64,000 bases of DNA from Octopus sinensis (lineage: Eukaryota). Below, in pieces: positions 27,293 through 40,506 of this stretch. The DNA lies in the NCBI RefSeq assembly GCF_006345805.1, contig NC_043008.1:74152001-74216000 (forward strand). The letters run 5' to 3'. Positions within the stretch are counted from its first letter, which is position 1. The number at the start of each line of letters is the position of its first letter. Made by a program: the position numbers and the translations under genes. Below the pieces are notes generated by a model. That model worked only from the letters and a program-made list of their open reading frames with translations, was not told the origin of the DNA and did no database searches.

Positions 27293-28040
27293 AAGGCGGC
27301 GAGCTGGCAGAAATGTTAGCACGCCGGGCGGTATTTCGTCTGCCGTTACGTTCTGAATTCAAATTCCGCCGAGGTCGACTTTGCCTTTCATCCTTTCGGG
27401 GTCGATAAATTAAGTACCAGTTATGCACTGGGGTCGATGTGATCGACTTAATCCGTTTGTCTGTCCTTGTTTGTCCCCTCTATGTTTAGCCCCTTGTGGG
27501 CAATAAAGAAATAAGAAACGTTAGCACGCCAGGCGAAATGCTTACCGGTATTTTGTCTGCCGCTATGTTCCGAGTTCAAATTCCGCCGAAGGTCGACTTT
27601 GCCTTTCATCCTTTCGGGGTCGATTAAATAAGTACCATTTACGCACTGGGGTCGATATAATCGACTTAATCCGTTTGTCTGTCCTTGTTTGTCCTCTCTG
27701 TGGTTATCCCTTTGTGGGTAGTAAAGAAATAGAAATAGGTATTTCGTCTACAGTTACGTTCTGAGTTCAAAATCCGCCGAGGTCGACTATGCCTTTCATC
27801 CTTTCGGGGTCGATAAATTAAGTACCAGTTACGCACTGGGCTCGATGTAATCGACTTAATCCCTTTGTCTATTGTTGTTTGTCCCCTCTATGTTTAGACC
27901 TTTGTGAGCAATGAAGAAATAAAAAACTTTAGTATGCCGGGCGAAACGCTTAGCGTTATTTCGTCTCTTTACATTCTGAGTTCAAATACCGCCGAAGTCG
28001 ATTTTTACTTTCAACCGTTGGGGGTTGATAAATTAAGGTG
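27293..28040 (+). mobile_element. Head-to-tail array of four SINE family A units
   Basis: Units start at about 27293, 27514, 27738 and 27923; each has GTTCAAATTCCGCCGAGGTCGAC...TCCTTTCGGGGTCGAT. Confidence 0.92.
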
Positions 28041-30009
28041 ACAAATGATATATACCACACCAGAAGTTGTTGTTGATAAACAACAGCAGTAATTTTATTC
28101 AGCTAAATATACGCCATTGATTGGTTGAAATTACCGAAATATGACTACTTTAACACGAAATAACTTTGAAAATATAAACTTTTCTCCACAACACTAAGAG
28201 TAAAAGATGTTTTATATGACATTTTCTACCAGTGTCCGAAGTTTGAAAGTGTTTAGTTACAAAAACTTAATTTCTCGATCTTCCGTTCAAAGTGAAAAAA
28301 TTCAAATTAAGTACCAGTTGCATACTGGGGTCGATAATTTAAGCACCAGTTGCGTAATAGAGTTGATCTAATCGACTTGACCCACTCCCCAAAAATTTCG
28401 GGCCTTGTGCCTAGAGTAGAAAAGAATATGTTCTTTCCATGAAACGACAGCTCAGCCACATCACCATGCAGCATTGTCAGTTAACTTTTCAATATAACAG
28501 TTTCTTTTTTTATAATTCCCAGCATTCTGAAAAGTATATTGAAGCACTTTTGTGGTATAAACTTATTAAGTTTTATCTTTTAAATATTTATCTTTGTTTC
28601 TTTTTGCTTGCCGTGTTAATAGAATTTCATAATTTTGTCTATGCATTATCTGTTATAACTGGTAATATTTTGTCATAAATTTTTTCTCCAGTTACTTATT
28701 TATGCTGATGTTGTCAAGGTGAATAACTTAATCTTCACAATAAAGTCATTAAACATCAACAAGTAAGAGTTATTTTAGTTTTGAGATCGCCATCTGCACA
28801 GAACTTTATTGGTTCTCAAAATAGTATCAAATTCGACTCCGGGATTACAGCTTCCTCTCAGCTTCCTTACGTCTTTCTTCCCATTTCCTGCTCTATCTGC
28901 ACTCAACAGACAGACGTAACTGTTTCAGTAGATAAATCATTACCAGAAACTTATCAAGCATACCGATATGTTTGTCATATTGAAATCTATTTCCCCGCAG
29001 TTTTTGATTTCTTTATATTTTACTAATAATATCTTTTCAAAATATTCCCATATAAATAAAAGAAAATATTTAATTTAAATTTTCGAATTCCTGATAAATA
29101 GTGACATGGCATTATCGATGTTCATTGGATAAGAAACGAAAATATACTTGGGTTTATTAATTTGCGTTCAGTGATATATGTGTTAATCATTCACTAAGTT
29201 AAACAATCATAGAAGGAAATGAAAAACATACTTTTAGTATTTCTATTCATAGCTGGAAGCAAAAATCCATTCTTGGTCAATGAAAGCGTGTCATTAACCA
29301 ATTAAATCAATGACTTTTTTTTATATCCAATGGTATTAACTAGCGAAATATACTGCGGAGCTCTTGCTTTCTGAGGCTGCTTCATTCCACTTGCGTTGGT
29401 TGACTCAAAACCGAAATAGAAGAAATATACTTCAAGTTAGAGTGTACGTAGGGTTTAAACCCGGGACAACGCGCATAATGTTGAATTGTTAAGCAAACTA
29501 CTGTATCTACCTGAATCTAAGGAACATAAATAAAAGGATGCATACTGATATTTATAATTCTGTATCTAAATTAAAATATCAATTATCATAGTCAATGCGA
29601 TCACTGATATCTGTTCAGAGATAATGAATTGTAAAAATAATTACAGGTTTAGCAACAAAGGGAGCTCTAAATTTTTGTTGGTGTCTCATTCGAGATAAGT
29701 AAAGAATATCACTCTGTAGCTCTTTTGGTGCTTAGTACGGGGTATTTTCGAAAACATCTTCGTCTAAAACCCTGTGAAAATAATATTCTACAGAAATGTC
29801 ACCTGATTATATATTATTGCTTTCTTTATCCTTTCTTTTCTTTGTTCAATATTTTGAAAATGGATGATCTTAAAGTATATTCTATCGAAAATTATAAAGG
29901 GAAAGTAAAAAATAGCACATAATAATATCCAAATGCTTTAACAGTAGTCAATTTACTGATTCTGCTAGAAACGATACTTGGATTAGAATATCATTGCAAT
30001 ATATAATAT

Positions 30010-30210
30010 AGATCTCAAATTTTGGCACAAGGCCAACTAGTTCGAAGATAGGGTCCTGGGTTGATTATATCGACCTGAATATTCAACTGGTACTTATTTC
30101 ATAGACCCCGAAAGGATGAATGGCGGCGGAATTTGAACTCAGACCGTAAACACAGACGAAATGCTGTTAAGCATTTTTCCCGGCGTTCTAACTAATCTGC
30201 CACCTTACTG
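30010..30210 (-). mobile_element. SINE family A
   Basis: CAAATTTTGGCACAAGGCC...CCCCGAAAGGATGAA...GGAATTTGAACTCAGA, the reverse complement of the consensus. Confidence 0.78.
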
Positions 30211-31799
30211 CTTTGTTGCAATATGTCATAAAAATAGATTTTTACATTTGCTAGATGTTTTGAAGGTTAAAAGTTGTTCCTTCCTGTAATTAATCTATTA
30301 AAGTCTGTTTGAAGCAACAATCCCACCTGATTTGTTAACTCTTTTCGGAATTAGGAGGAGAGAACCAGTGTGGAATAAATACAAGGAGCAAAAAAGAGAT
30401 ATAAAATGTTAGAGCTGATGGGCGATTTATTATTAAGAAGATAATTTACTGTTTGCCATTTGATCGTTTCAGGTGGACCATCAGCAAGTGTAAATATCTT
30501 TAGAGAAACTGATAATTTCTAATCATTATAGGGAAGTATGTTTGTGTGTGTGTCTATTTACATACACACGCACCCATACACATGCATACACACATATATA
30601 CATACATATATACATAGTACCCTCTCTAATGCAGCTCTTTTCAAGTATGTTTATTTGTCTCCAGTTTACAGATTTTATATTTATGTTAATAAGGATGTGA
30701 GTGAGAATGCATATAAGTGAGGGAGCTATAGCTAACCCCATTCACAAAAGTATCAAGGTATCGATAGACTACCTTACTATGCACGCAAATACTAGACAGT
30801 TCTTGATGCTGAAATTTGATTGAAGATTAAAGGCAACGAAGCAAAACTCTTTAGTTTATATCATCCGAAACTCACGGCATCTAAGCACTCAGTTCCTAGA
30901 AATTGGGAAATACTCCATAAATGTTATAATAAATACACTCATTGCAATCTTAGGACAAGGGATAATATTTATCCCTTCTGCAAACTCTTTGAAGTAAACT
31001 AAAAATATGCACAGGACTTCCTGCACCACAGCAGTTCATAAGACACAACCAAAAGGATAGAATTAGAATGTACAATGGGGCAAATAACCATGACAGGATA
31101 TAATAAGAAATAATACAACCAGAGTTCACCTTAGACGTGGTAAAGAAAGAAATATGGAATAAGCTAAAATGATTAGTAAGAAGGTAGTGAAGGTAAACAC
31201 ATGGCATGATATCGATAAGTTGCAATGGGTTAGGTTTATTGATGCTAAACCAAAAGGAGAATTAGCCTGTAGATATTGGATATCTTTGAGTGACGCTAAA
31301 CTAAGAATTATGGTAGCACAGAGAACAGGGAAATTTATTAGGTCACAAATAAACAGAATATCCCCTTGCATTGGACCACATGTACAAAACAAACATGAGT
31401 GAAACAAATTGTAGGACCAGTTGAAGAAAAAAACCTATGTCGGTATTCTGCCAGCACGCTAAGAATAAACATGACGACATGCTGACTAAGATAGACAGAA
31501 AGATCTCTTCGGTACATGTTTACGACATATACGTAAATGTACATTAATAAATGAATGGGAACCAATACTTAATTTTTAAAAAGTACTGTTAAACTTAGCG
31601 ACTAAGCCACCACTGCCGCGTGCCACAAGGAAAAAGGATAGAAAATAAAATACAAGCTATAAAAGAAAATAAATATATATGCATATATATGCATTCCTAT
31701 GTGTTGCTGACACATACCACCATGCCTATACATCTAACTATTTACATAATACTGATGCATACTACCATATAGATACATCTCAAAATCTGGAAAAGCACG

Positions 31800-33850
31800 A
31801 TGTCAATCAGATATTGCAGTGGATACGATAAACTGCCCCGCACAACCGGAAGGAAATGAGAAAAAATTAGTGTCGTGGATATATGAGGGGAGTGAAGCCA
31901 CTACGGGGCCAAGGACACGGTCGAGGTATTTCGAGATCAGTTTCGTGAGGCGGTTACAGGCGGAGAGGATACGGCGGCCAGCGTTGTTGGGCTTGTGGAT
32001 TTCGGGAAGGAAGTAAATGGTGGGGTGGGACGAGTGCGGACAATGAGGTTGGAGGCAGTGGAAGGGAGACGGGAGAAGGAGATGGGTCATGGATAGTTGG
32101 GGCCAGTCTGTTGATAGCTAGGCGTGGGGCTGGGGTATAGGGGGAAATCGAAGTATGTGTCTTGAAGTTGGCGTAGAGCTTCAGCCTTGTAGATGTCTGA
32201 GCGCCACACCACCGCCGTTCCACACTTGTCGGCCAGTTTTATGATAATGTCCTTACGGCGTCGGAGACAACGAAGGGCAGAGAGTTCGGCTGGGGAAATG
32301 TTCAGTTGTCGGGGACGCCTGCGAAAGTTAAACTGATCCACATCACTGACAGATGCCTGCAAAATGATCGACTGTTTGGAACTGGCCAGGAGCCGGCTTC
32401 CAGTGGGCTAGTCGGCGGCCCAGGTCGGTTAAGCAGTCACCTTCGTTAGATACTGATGGAGTATTATGGAATGGTGCAAATGACCTGACACTACGCACTA
32501 ATCTATGAATATTAGAACAGTTCTGAAATTCGTTACTGGATAGAGCGAGGCGGATAAACCGCAGATCCCTACCGAGAAGAGAGCGCTCCGCCTCAGAGAG
32601 GGGAAGATCATGAAGAATGGCAGCAACAGACTGATATGGGGAGGGGTGGATAGGTTAGATATGGGAGGGATGGTGGGGATAGTAGAAGGTTTGGAGGAGC
32701 GAGCGGAGGGTAACTGTGTGGGGTGTTGGAGTGACGGAAGGCTTGGGGTGAGAATGAGGGGGAAGCGTTTCAGGGAGGGAAGGTGGGTGAGTGGAGGTGT
32801 AGTGGCACCAGGTTTGACGGAATGGAGGAGCGAGTGGAGCTTACGTTGTTTAGCGCGAGCGAGAAATTCATGGAAGAAATTATTTAAATGAATTATGTAG
32901 CGTCGAGTGTTCATAGGAAGGTGAAAGAAAGGAAAAAAAGATGGAATAAGCAAGAGGAAGGTGGTCGAGGGTATGCATTTTGGAGAGATTGGAAAGAATG
33001 GTGGTACGCATAAGGCGGTAGGAAGTAGTACAAATTATGAGTAGAGTGGAAATGGAAGCGGAAATCTTTGGAGATGAGGAGGTGGTGAACGCAGCGACTG
33101 AGAAATGGAAGGTAGCTACAAAACCGTGTTTTCTTTTTTCAATTAGTAGGGTAAGATTCATAGAAAGTTGAAAGCAGCAGAAAGGAAGTATAGAAAAGTG
33201 TTTCTTTAGGCGGTGGTGCAGGTGGAGGAGGAACGATTTGTAATCGGGCATTCCTGAAAAGGAGAAAAAAGTGGGGAGAGAGAAAGACAAAGTTATGACG
33301 TACGGAATATAAAAGTTCAAAAAATTCAAAAGGTGTGATAAGAAAATTCAAAAGGCAGGAGGAGAAAAAAAAGAAAAAAGAAGAAAAAAAGAAGATACAG
33401 AGAGAAAAGGAAGAGAAGAGAAGAGAATAAGAAAAGGAAAAGAAATGGAGAGAGTGGGGCAATGTAACAACGTACGGATTAAGAGAAAACAGAGTAAGTA
33501 ACAAAAAAAAAAAGAGAATAAGAAAAACAGAAAGTTCAAAAAGTTCAAAATGTTTCAAATGTCGTGGTGTATCGGAGTGATTTTTCATCAACGGAAGAAT
33601 CCAGTGAAGTCCATATGTATATCCAGTAGTAATCCTGGTGGAATGCTGGTGTTAATGAGGAAAGTTAGAGAAACTTTCCTCATTAGTCCGAATGTAGGAG
33701 GTTAAAGCAGGATAAAATTTGTGCGATCACGTGAGCGTACAGTATATGGTTGAAATTTACAGAAAAACAAAAGACGAAGACAGGTGAATAAACAACAAGC
33801 AGGTGTATTAGTTTCAACAGAATGGAACACGAGGAAATAAACAGAGAGAG
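31800..33850 (-). mobile_element. Penelope-like element: 5' region, N-terminal domain and first part of RT (3'-truncated, frameshifted)
   Basis: LSEAERSLLGRDLRF; NISPAELSALRCLRRRKDIIIKLADKCGTAVVWRSDIYKAEALRQLQD (KPADKG motif); IYFLPEIHKPNNAGRRILSACN...LISKYLD...LPSYIHDT (FYxLPKIHK motif). Stops before RT motif A. Confidence 0.88.
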
Positions 33851-36800
33851 AATTTTAAAAACTTTTGGAGTTAGCAGTCAGTCATGGCGACTGGTTTGAC
33901 AAAGATAGACAGGAGAGCTAGGAAGAAGGGGAGATACATGAGTCTTGATTCTTGGCTGACATATTGCTTAATTTTCCATGAATAAATAATAATGTAATAA
34001 TGGACGAACTAATCACAATATAGAAATTAGTCTACCGGTCTCTTGCGTTTATCTCTAATGATAATAACTATAACAATACATACTAATTAAATACTAATGC
34101 TAGCTACTTACAATTAATAGCGAACTACTTATCAATATCACTTCTACCTAAATAACAATATTGAATAGCATTACTAAATACTTCTCAGTTCTTACCAGGT
34201 ACCAATACTAACTTCAAATTATAACTTATCATTACTACTAGTTACTGTTAATAAATAACTACAAATACTACCATTAAGTGACTACAATTAATAATTCGGA
34301 TATGAAGTACTACTATTAACTACCAATATTCTCTAACTAGTAACACTACGAAACTGACCTTTCTAACTACTATTACAAATTAACTAACATTACTAATCAT
34401 TAACGTTAACCATTACTAAAACTGTACATATACAATATTAACATCCAGCCATTACTAACTACCAATTCTAGAAAACTGTCTTTAGTAACAATAATATTAA
34501 TCACCAATGCTAATTAACCAACAATAAAAATACCAATACCAGAAAGCAAAACTAAGTATACATCCTAACTGCCTAAACAGGAGCCAAGAAAGCCAATATA
34601 CCTCACGCATAGTTTCTCCAAAATGAAGGACATATTGGATTAATAAGTGCTGTGTACAAAAGATCTGATGGTCAGTTTTGAAATGTCAATGATCATGGAT
34701 AATCTGAGGCCAAATAACCACATATATCTGCGTAACAATGATCGATATTATAGAAATATAGATGTAGTTACGTTCTTTATTTCACATATTAATTACCTTA
34801 GATCGTCCATATGAGTTATACATCCAAGTAAACTATTACAAGTGTAAGGGGAAGCATGCATGCTCTCGCTAGTTGCTTGATCCGCTAGAAATCGAAGCAA
34901 ATTTTATATCAAGCCATTTCGTGTATCTAAAAATATTCAAATCGAATAATGGATCGACTATTTCTGAAGATAAGATGTGTTGGTCTGGGCATTGAATTCG
35001 TTGAGCACTGTTCTCTTCGTTTAAGGTTGGTCGCGGGCAAAAAGCTGCAAGAATCATATGTAGATCAGACTTTCTGATCCCACTTCTATTATTTATAAAC
35101 TCTGGACGTTTCCTAATCAAAATATATGAATAATGTCACCAAACGTTTCATATCGATAGTTTGTTCACGAGTATAGCACAGAGATATGGTCGCTGGTTGT
35201 TGCATATCGCCACAACCTAAAGCTAAATTTTACATCCCTGATCTAAAGTTTGTTGTTGCTATGAAAGGAAAACTATAAAATAGGAATGCTTTAGTGTTGC
35301 GAGAATTTCTGGCCATTTATCATATAATTGATCCATGTGAAAAGGATTTCTTATGATGGATGTTGTCTTCGATTGTGTTTTATGGATGGCTTTCAGGCAA
35401 ACTGTTGAACTACAGTTCCATACACGTAAATCATCCGGTATCTGAACGAAGCAGTTTCAGTCAGAAATCGATGGTTATCGAAACATAGTAAAGTTATCGA
35501 TACACTTCTTAGAATGTAGACAGGAATGCTGCCATAAACTTAGCAACTTCTTTCCGAAGAATCTAATGATTCTAAGGAAATATTTTATAGCAGAGAGTTT
35601 TGACGGTTTTAATTACCCCCAGTAATCATTGTCTAATTAATGACAGTATATCTACAATTTTTGCTAGGTTATCACTAATCGCTTCAAAGCAACAATGAGA
35701 GGAAAGGCTCATAAATTTCCCATTGTTACAAAAAGAGAAAAAATACTAGCAGTTGTATTTGATAAAACATTTCTTTTCATTCACTGGATTAACTCTATAA
35801 CGCCAACAATGATATTTTGTGTCATCGTATCCCTTCCTTCAAAGTTATGGATTTCCTTTTTCAATAGAATGTTTTGTTTGCCACAGATTTAAAGAGCATA
35901 TACTACCGCATCAAGTCAAAAATTGAAGTATGCTATAAAGTATTGAATTCAGTACCCTATGGTTATTAATTCACATCATATCTACTGATGCAACAAATGT
36001 CACATGATCACTAGGATAGTAAAGCGCCTTGCCAACAAATTTTTCATCACACATTCCTTTAATTTAAGATGATATTTGATCTTTAGAAGCTTTTCAGAAT
36101 GCTCTTACCTACAATAACTTGAACATGATTGCTCCAAATGTATCATATCAACTGATTAAACTCTTTTAATCTGCTTTACCTTCAATTTCACGATGCCAAA
36201 CTCAATCCTCAATTAGGTACCCTAACCACGTAACAGTGAGTTCCAAATGTTTTTCTTTTTTACCTCTATTTCCATATATTGTTTTAGTTGTACAAGTTCC
36301 ATTCTTATCCATGGAAACATATGAATCCCATTTTTGAGAAAAATAACCTCTTCTAAAAAAATCGTCATAGCAACATAACTTCAAATATCTGGACTGATTA
36401 GACTGATGAAGCTGATTTTCAGACTAATTGATTTTGGTACATAGGGTACTTAATATTAATCTAGCTGGTGTCTGGACATGTGAAACTGTTGTGACTAATG
36501 TCTAGACTAGTTGAGTTTGATGATGATGTCTAGCCTAGTAAGTGGGTTTGGGTTTAGACTATTTGAGAATGATGGGACTGATATCTGGGCGGATAAAACT
36601 GGAATAATATTCGTAGCGAGAATAGTTGATATTGATGTCAGAGATGTGTAAACTGGTTGGCATTGATATGATTGATGTCCAGAACCTCATGGTTAATATG
36701 AGTGATGAATAGACTAATGAGACTGTAACTGATGCCCAGACTGCAGCGACTGATGAACAAAATAATAGATTGATTTTACTGATATCCAAAATGGTGCGAT

Positions 36801-37314
36801 TAATATAGGTGATGTACAGGTTCCTAGGATTGATACAATTCGCATAATGGTTAGATTGATCTCTGTAATGCTTAAACTGATGAGATTGTGTTGCCTAGAA
36901 AAGAAAGATTGACGCGTCTCTTGTATTAAATAGGTCCTTTAAAACCGATGTGATTGGTGCTCACTGATGTGATTGATGTGACTGACAAGCAGTCTGAACA
37001 GGTCAATGAGTGATAGAAAAATAAAGAACATAAGCACTCCCTATGATATTAGACTCCATGCTGTGTTAAGGTTAGATACTCCCATCATCAAGTTTCCTAG
37101 TAATATCACAACATATTATATCGGAATACATCATGTATGAGAGGACATGTATAGCGTGCTTTGCTGTCATTATTAGATACAAGCAAAAGAAAATAAGAAA
37201 ATGTAGAGAAAAGATATTTTTCCAGAGAATTTTAAAGAAAATTTACGTAAGTCGAATTGTAAGTTGTGCTGTGGTTCGAAATGATAACAAATATGGCTAG
37301 CGTATGTCCGTTAG

Positions 37315-37345
<31 letters not shown>

Positions 37346-40300
37346 GCTGCTGCTGGTGGGGTTGCAGATATGCATACATTTACTTCCAACATTCGCTTGG
37401 AACATTGCTATTGAATTCACAACAAGTAAATAACAGCCAATAGTGTGTAATGGGAAGAAATGAGAAGAAGAAAAGTAACGAAACAAGGAAAGTTACGACA
37501 AAGGACAGAACTTCCTGCCAAATAAATTCTCAATATATGTTCTTTAATTCTACCTCTTGGGATTGAGTGAGAGACATCGGTGTTTTTGCACTTTAAATTA
37601 TCTGTATTTTATTACTTTTTTCAGTTGTGTTTGTGTGCGAGCTTGTGCGTATAGGTGGGTTTATGTGTTTATGTATGTATCTCCGTGTGTTTTTAAGCAT
37701 ATGTGTGCATGCGAACATTTGAGTCTGTGTGAAGTTATATATGTGCGTTGTGTGAGAGTGCATGCAAATGTGTGTGTGTGCGTGAATGCGCGTGCGCGTG
37801 TGTATTCAACTAAAATATTCCTCTTTCTCTGTGATAAGATCTGTGTAAAACTATAAAACGAAAATGAATAATTTATATAGCTGGAATATTTCGCCACACG
37901 AGCTGCTGGCAATGTAAACATGATTATCTCCGACAACTCCGAAGTCAGCGAATGTTCTACACAGCAAGATTGTACACAAATACCCTCGTTTTGAAAACAA
38001 ATCCTGGTATTTCAAGACAAATCTAATTATAGAATAGTTTTTTTTTTTTTACTTTCTAAAATAAAATATAATAAAAAATAATCAGTTCATTCATTGCCAC
38101 CAGCGCCCATTCATACATACAAAAACATGTTATAAAGGTGTTCAAAAATATGTGGTGATATACAGATAAAGTTGTATAAAAAACGAGTAAGATGGAAAAA
38201 ATGATACTATATAACGAAGCATTTAAATGTTTTAATTACACAAAACAATTAAATTAATATAAACACAATGTAATTAAAGGAGAGAAACGCCACAAGCAAT
38301 AAGGGCATTCCACCACACATAGATGTGAGGCCACCACCTGCATTTTGTCAGGATAATCCAGATCCTTGTACTCCAAGTACTCCAGGTACGTTTTACTATA
38401 TATCGGTTATCCATGGTCAACTCGGATTTTAAGAATGTGTAAGAAATTACCAATATCCTCCTAGTATTTAGGCTACAGAAGAGTGGGTTGCCACAAGCGT
38501 ATCCCTTGCATGCTTCACGTTATCGTAGCCCTCCTTTTCTCTTCAGTAATACTGTTACTGTTATTCTTGTCATTGCTCATCTAAGCCCTCCACTTCCGTT
38601 CTTCCCTTCTTCGCATTTCACTGGATCACTAGGTGATGATGCTTTTAATCTCCCTTGGAAGGGTTCTTCATTCCAAAGATTTTAGGACAAACAAGACGAT
38701 CTCTTCGAATATGTACTGTAAGAAGAGCATTCTCTCTGGTATGTTGTTAATACCACTGTCGTCATCGTCTTCAACTCTGCTCTTTTACTTCAGAAATTCA
38801 GTTTCTCTGGAAATACCTTAATTAGTTCACTTTGGCAACCACGCGTGCTGCAACAGGACTTTCTACCTTCACCCATCAATTTCATTGATTTTATTTCAGT
38901 ACTCGCAATGGGGTGGGGTCTACATTTTTTGTGTTTTTTTAATATGAATATGACGTGTATTACTATGTAGATCCTTCTCCACGTATATAGTTTTTAGTCA
39001 ATTCGGAGCACTCCTCCTGCCCATACTGTCTTACAAAGGTAATAACGAAATTACAACCGACACTATCTTCAATTTACTTCACCTGGACATTAATTTTGTA
39101 ATGTTTCAGATACTGACAACTATCCTATGAGCAGGTGCATACGGCATCACTACGGTTTGATGTCTTGCCTCGTATTCAGACTTCACAAATAGGCATACGG
39201 TTGTATATGCCCTACGACAATCGGTGTAGGAGATATCGCCCCACAGAATGATTAGAGCAGCCTGCAGTTGTCGTTTTCAGGCTCTTGTAAATTTAGCTAT
39301 GCAGAAATATGTGAACTAGCACTCTCTTCAATAAATCCATGAGGCAGACAGTCGTTTTTCTGGTCAAATATTTCTGTCACGTAGATATTTTCCGTACTGG
39401 ATTACTCACTTTTACCTCTTGCGAAATAAATTATAATCTTCAACTAAATTGCTCAAGCCATACCTTTGCACATTGAATAGGGTATTTGTCATTTAGGTGT
39501 CGTTGTTGTTAACATATTTGAATTGTTCAACCTGATTCTTTAACGGTTAAAATACAATAATGCATTCGTTAAGAATGAGTGTCTGTCCAGAAAATAAACA
39601 ATTTAATCTTTGCCCGTTATCCCTATTCCTACATTCGTGAACACATTCTTTTTAAGGAAGCACTTCTCTGACAGGAAGCCATCTTGAACTGGATGTAATC
39701 AAGAAGAGAAAATTATATTTAAGACCAACGATAGCAGACCTTAAAACCCTTCCACTATGGAGCAGATATCGAAAACTTCTTTGGAATCATCTGTTGGAAA
39801 TTATTCTAAATGGAGTTTTTTATTAGATGTATTTTATAAGATATCTCACACTCAAGCAGTTCATGTCATGTCAATCGCAACAACAATAACAACAAAAACA
39901 GCAGCGACAAAGACCAATGACGATTATTAGCATTTCTAACATCAGCACAAATCCTTGCAATTACTATACAATTATCTGGTGAATGAGTTAGAAAGCTCCA
40001 TTAGTGTTCTGTGGGACAGATAATATGATAAGTGGTACTGTGCAACAGCTTCTGTGAAATTACTTCCGGTGTAAGAACATTTCCGGTGAATATGAAGATA
40101 TTGCATACCATAAAGTGTCGGTGTTCCAGGAGCTTTTATAGCTTGTGTAACAGCATCAGCCAAACACATATATCTACATATATATATAAATGCACACATA
40201 TAAATGCACATAAATACAAATACACACGCACACATACTCACTTATAAATTAAATTATATTGCAGAACATATAGTTTCAATATAATTCAACATGTAAGACA

Positions 40301-40506
40301 TAAAATTTAAACTACCTTTATCTTCTTTGTGAAAAGAAAACCGTAGTTGCATAACACGTTTTATCAGTCTCTGAGTTGAATAAAGGGATCAATCCTATTA
40401 GTTTCTAGCCTTCTTATTCCATCTTTAGAGAATATCCATCTCCTATCCACAGAGAGATTAGTAGTTTTTCTCAATTGTGTCCCTTATTTCAAATTTTATA
40501 TCCCAT

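Noticed and set aside
27293-28040. CRISPR-like or satellite interpretation of the repeated units
   Set aside because: Units are about 190-220 bp SINE copies without unique spacers; no cas genes; eukaryotic context.
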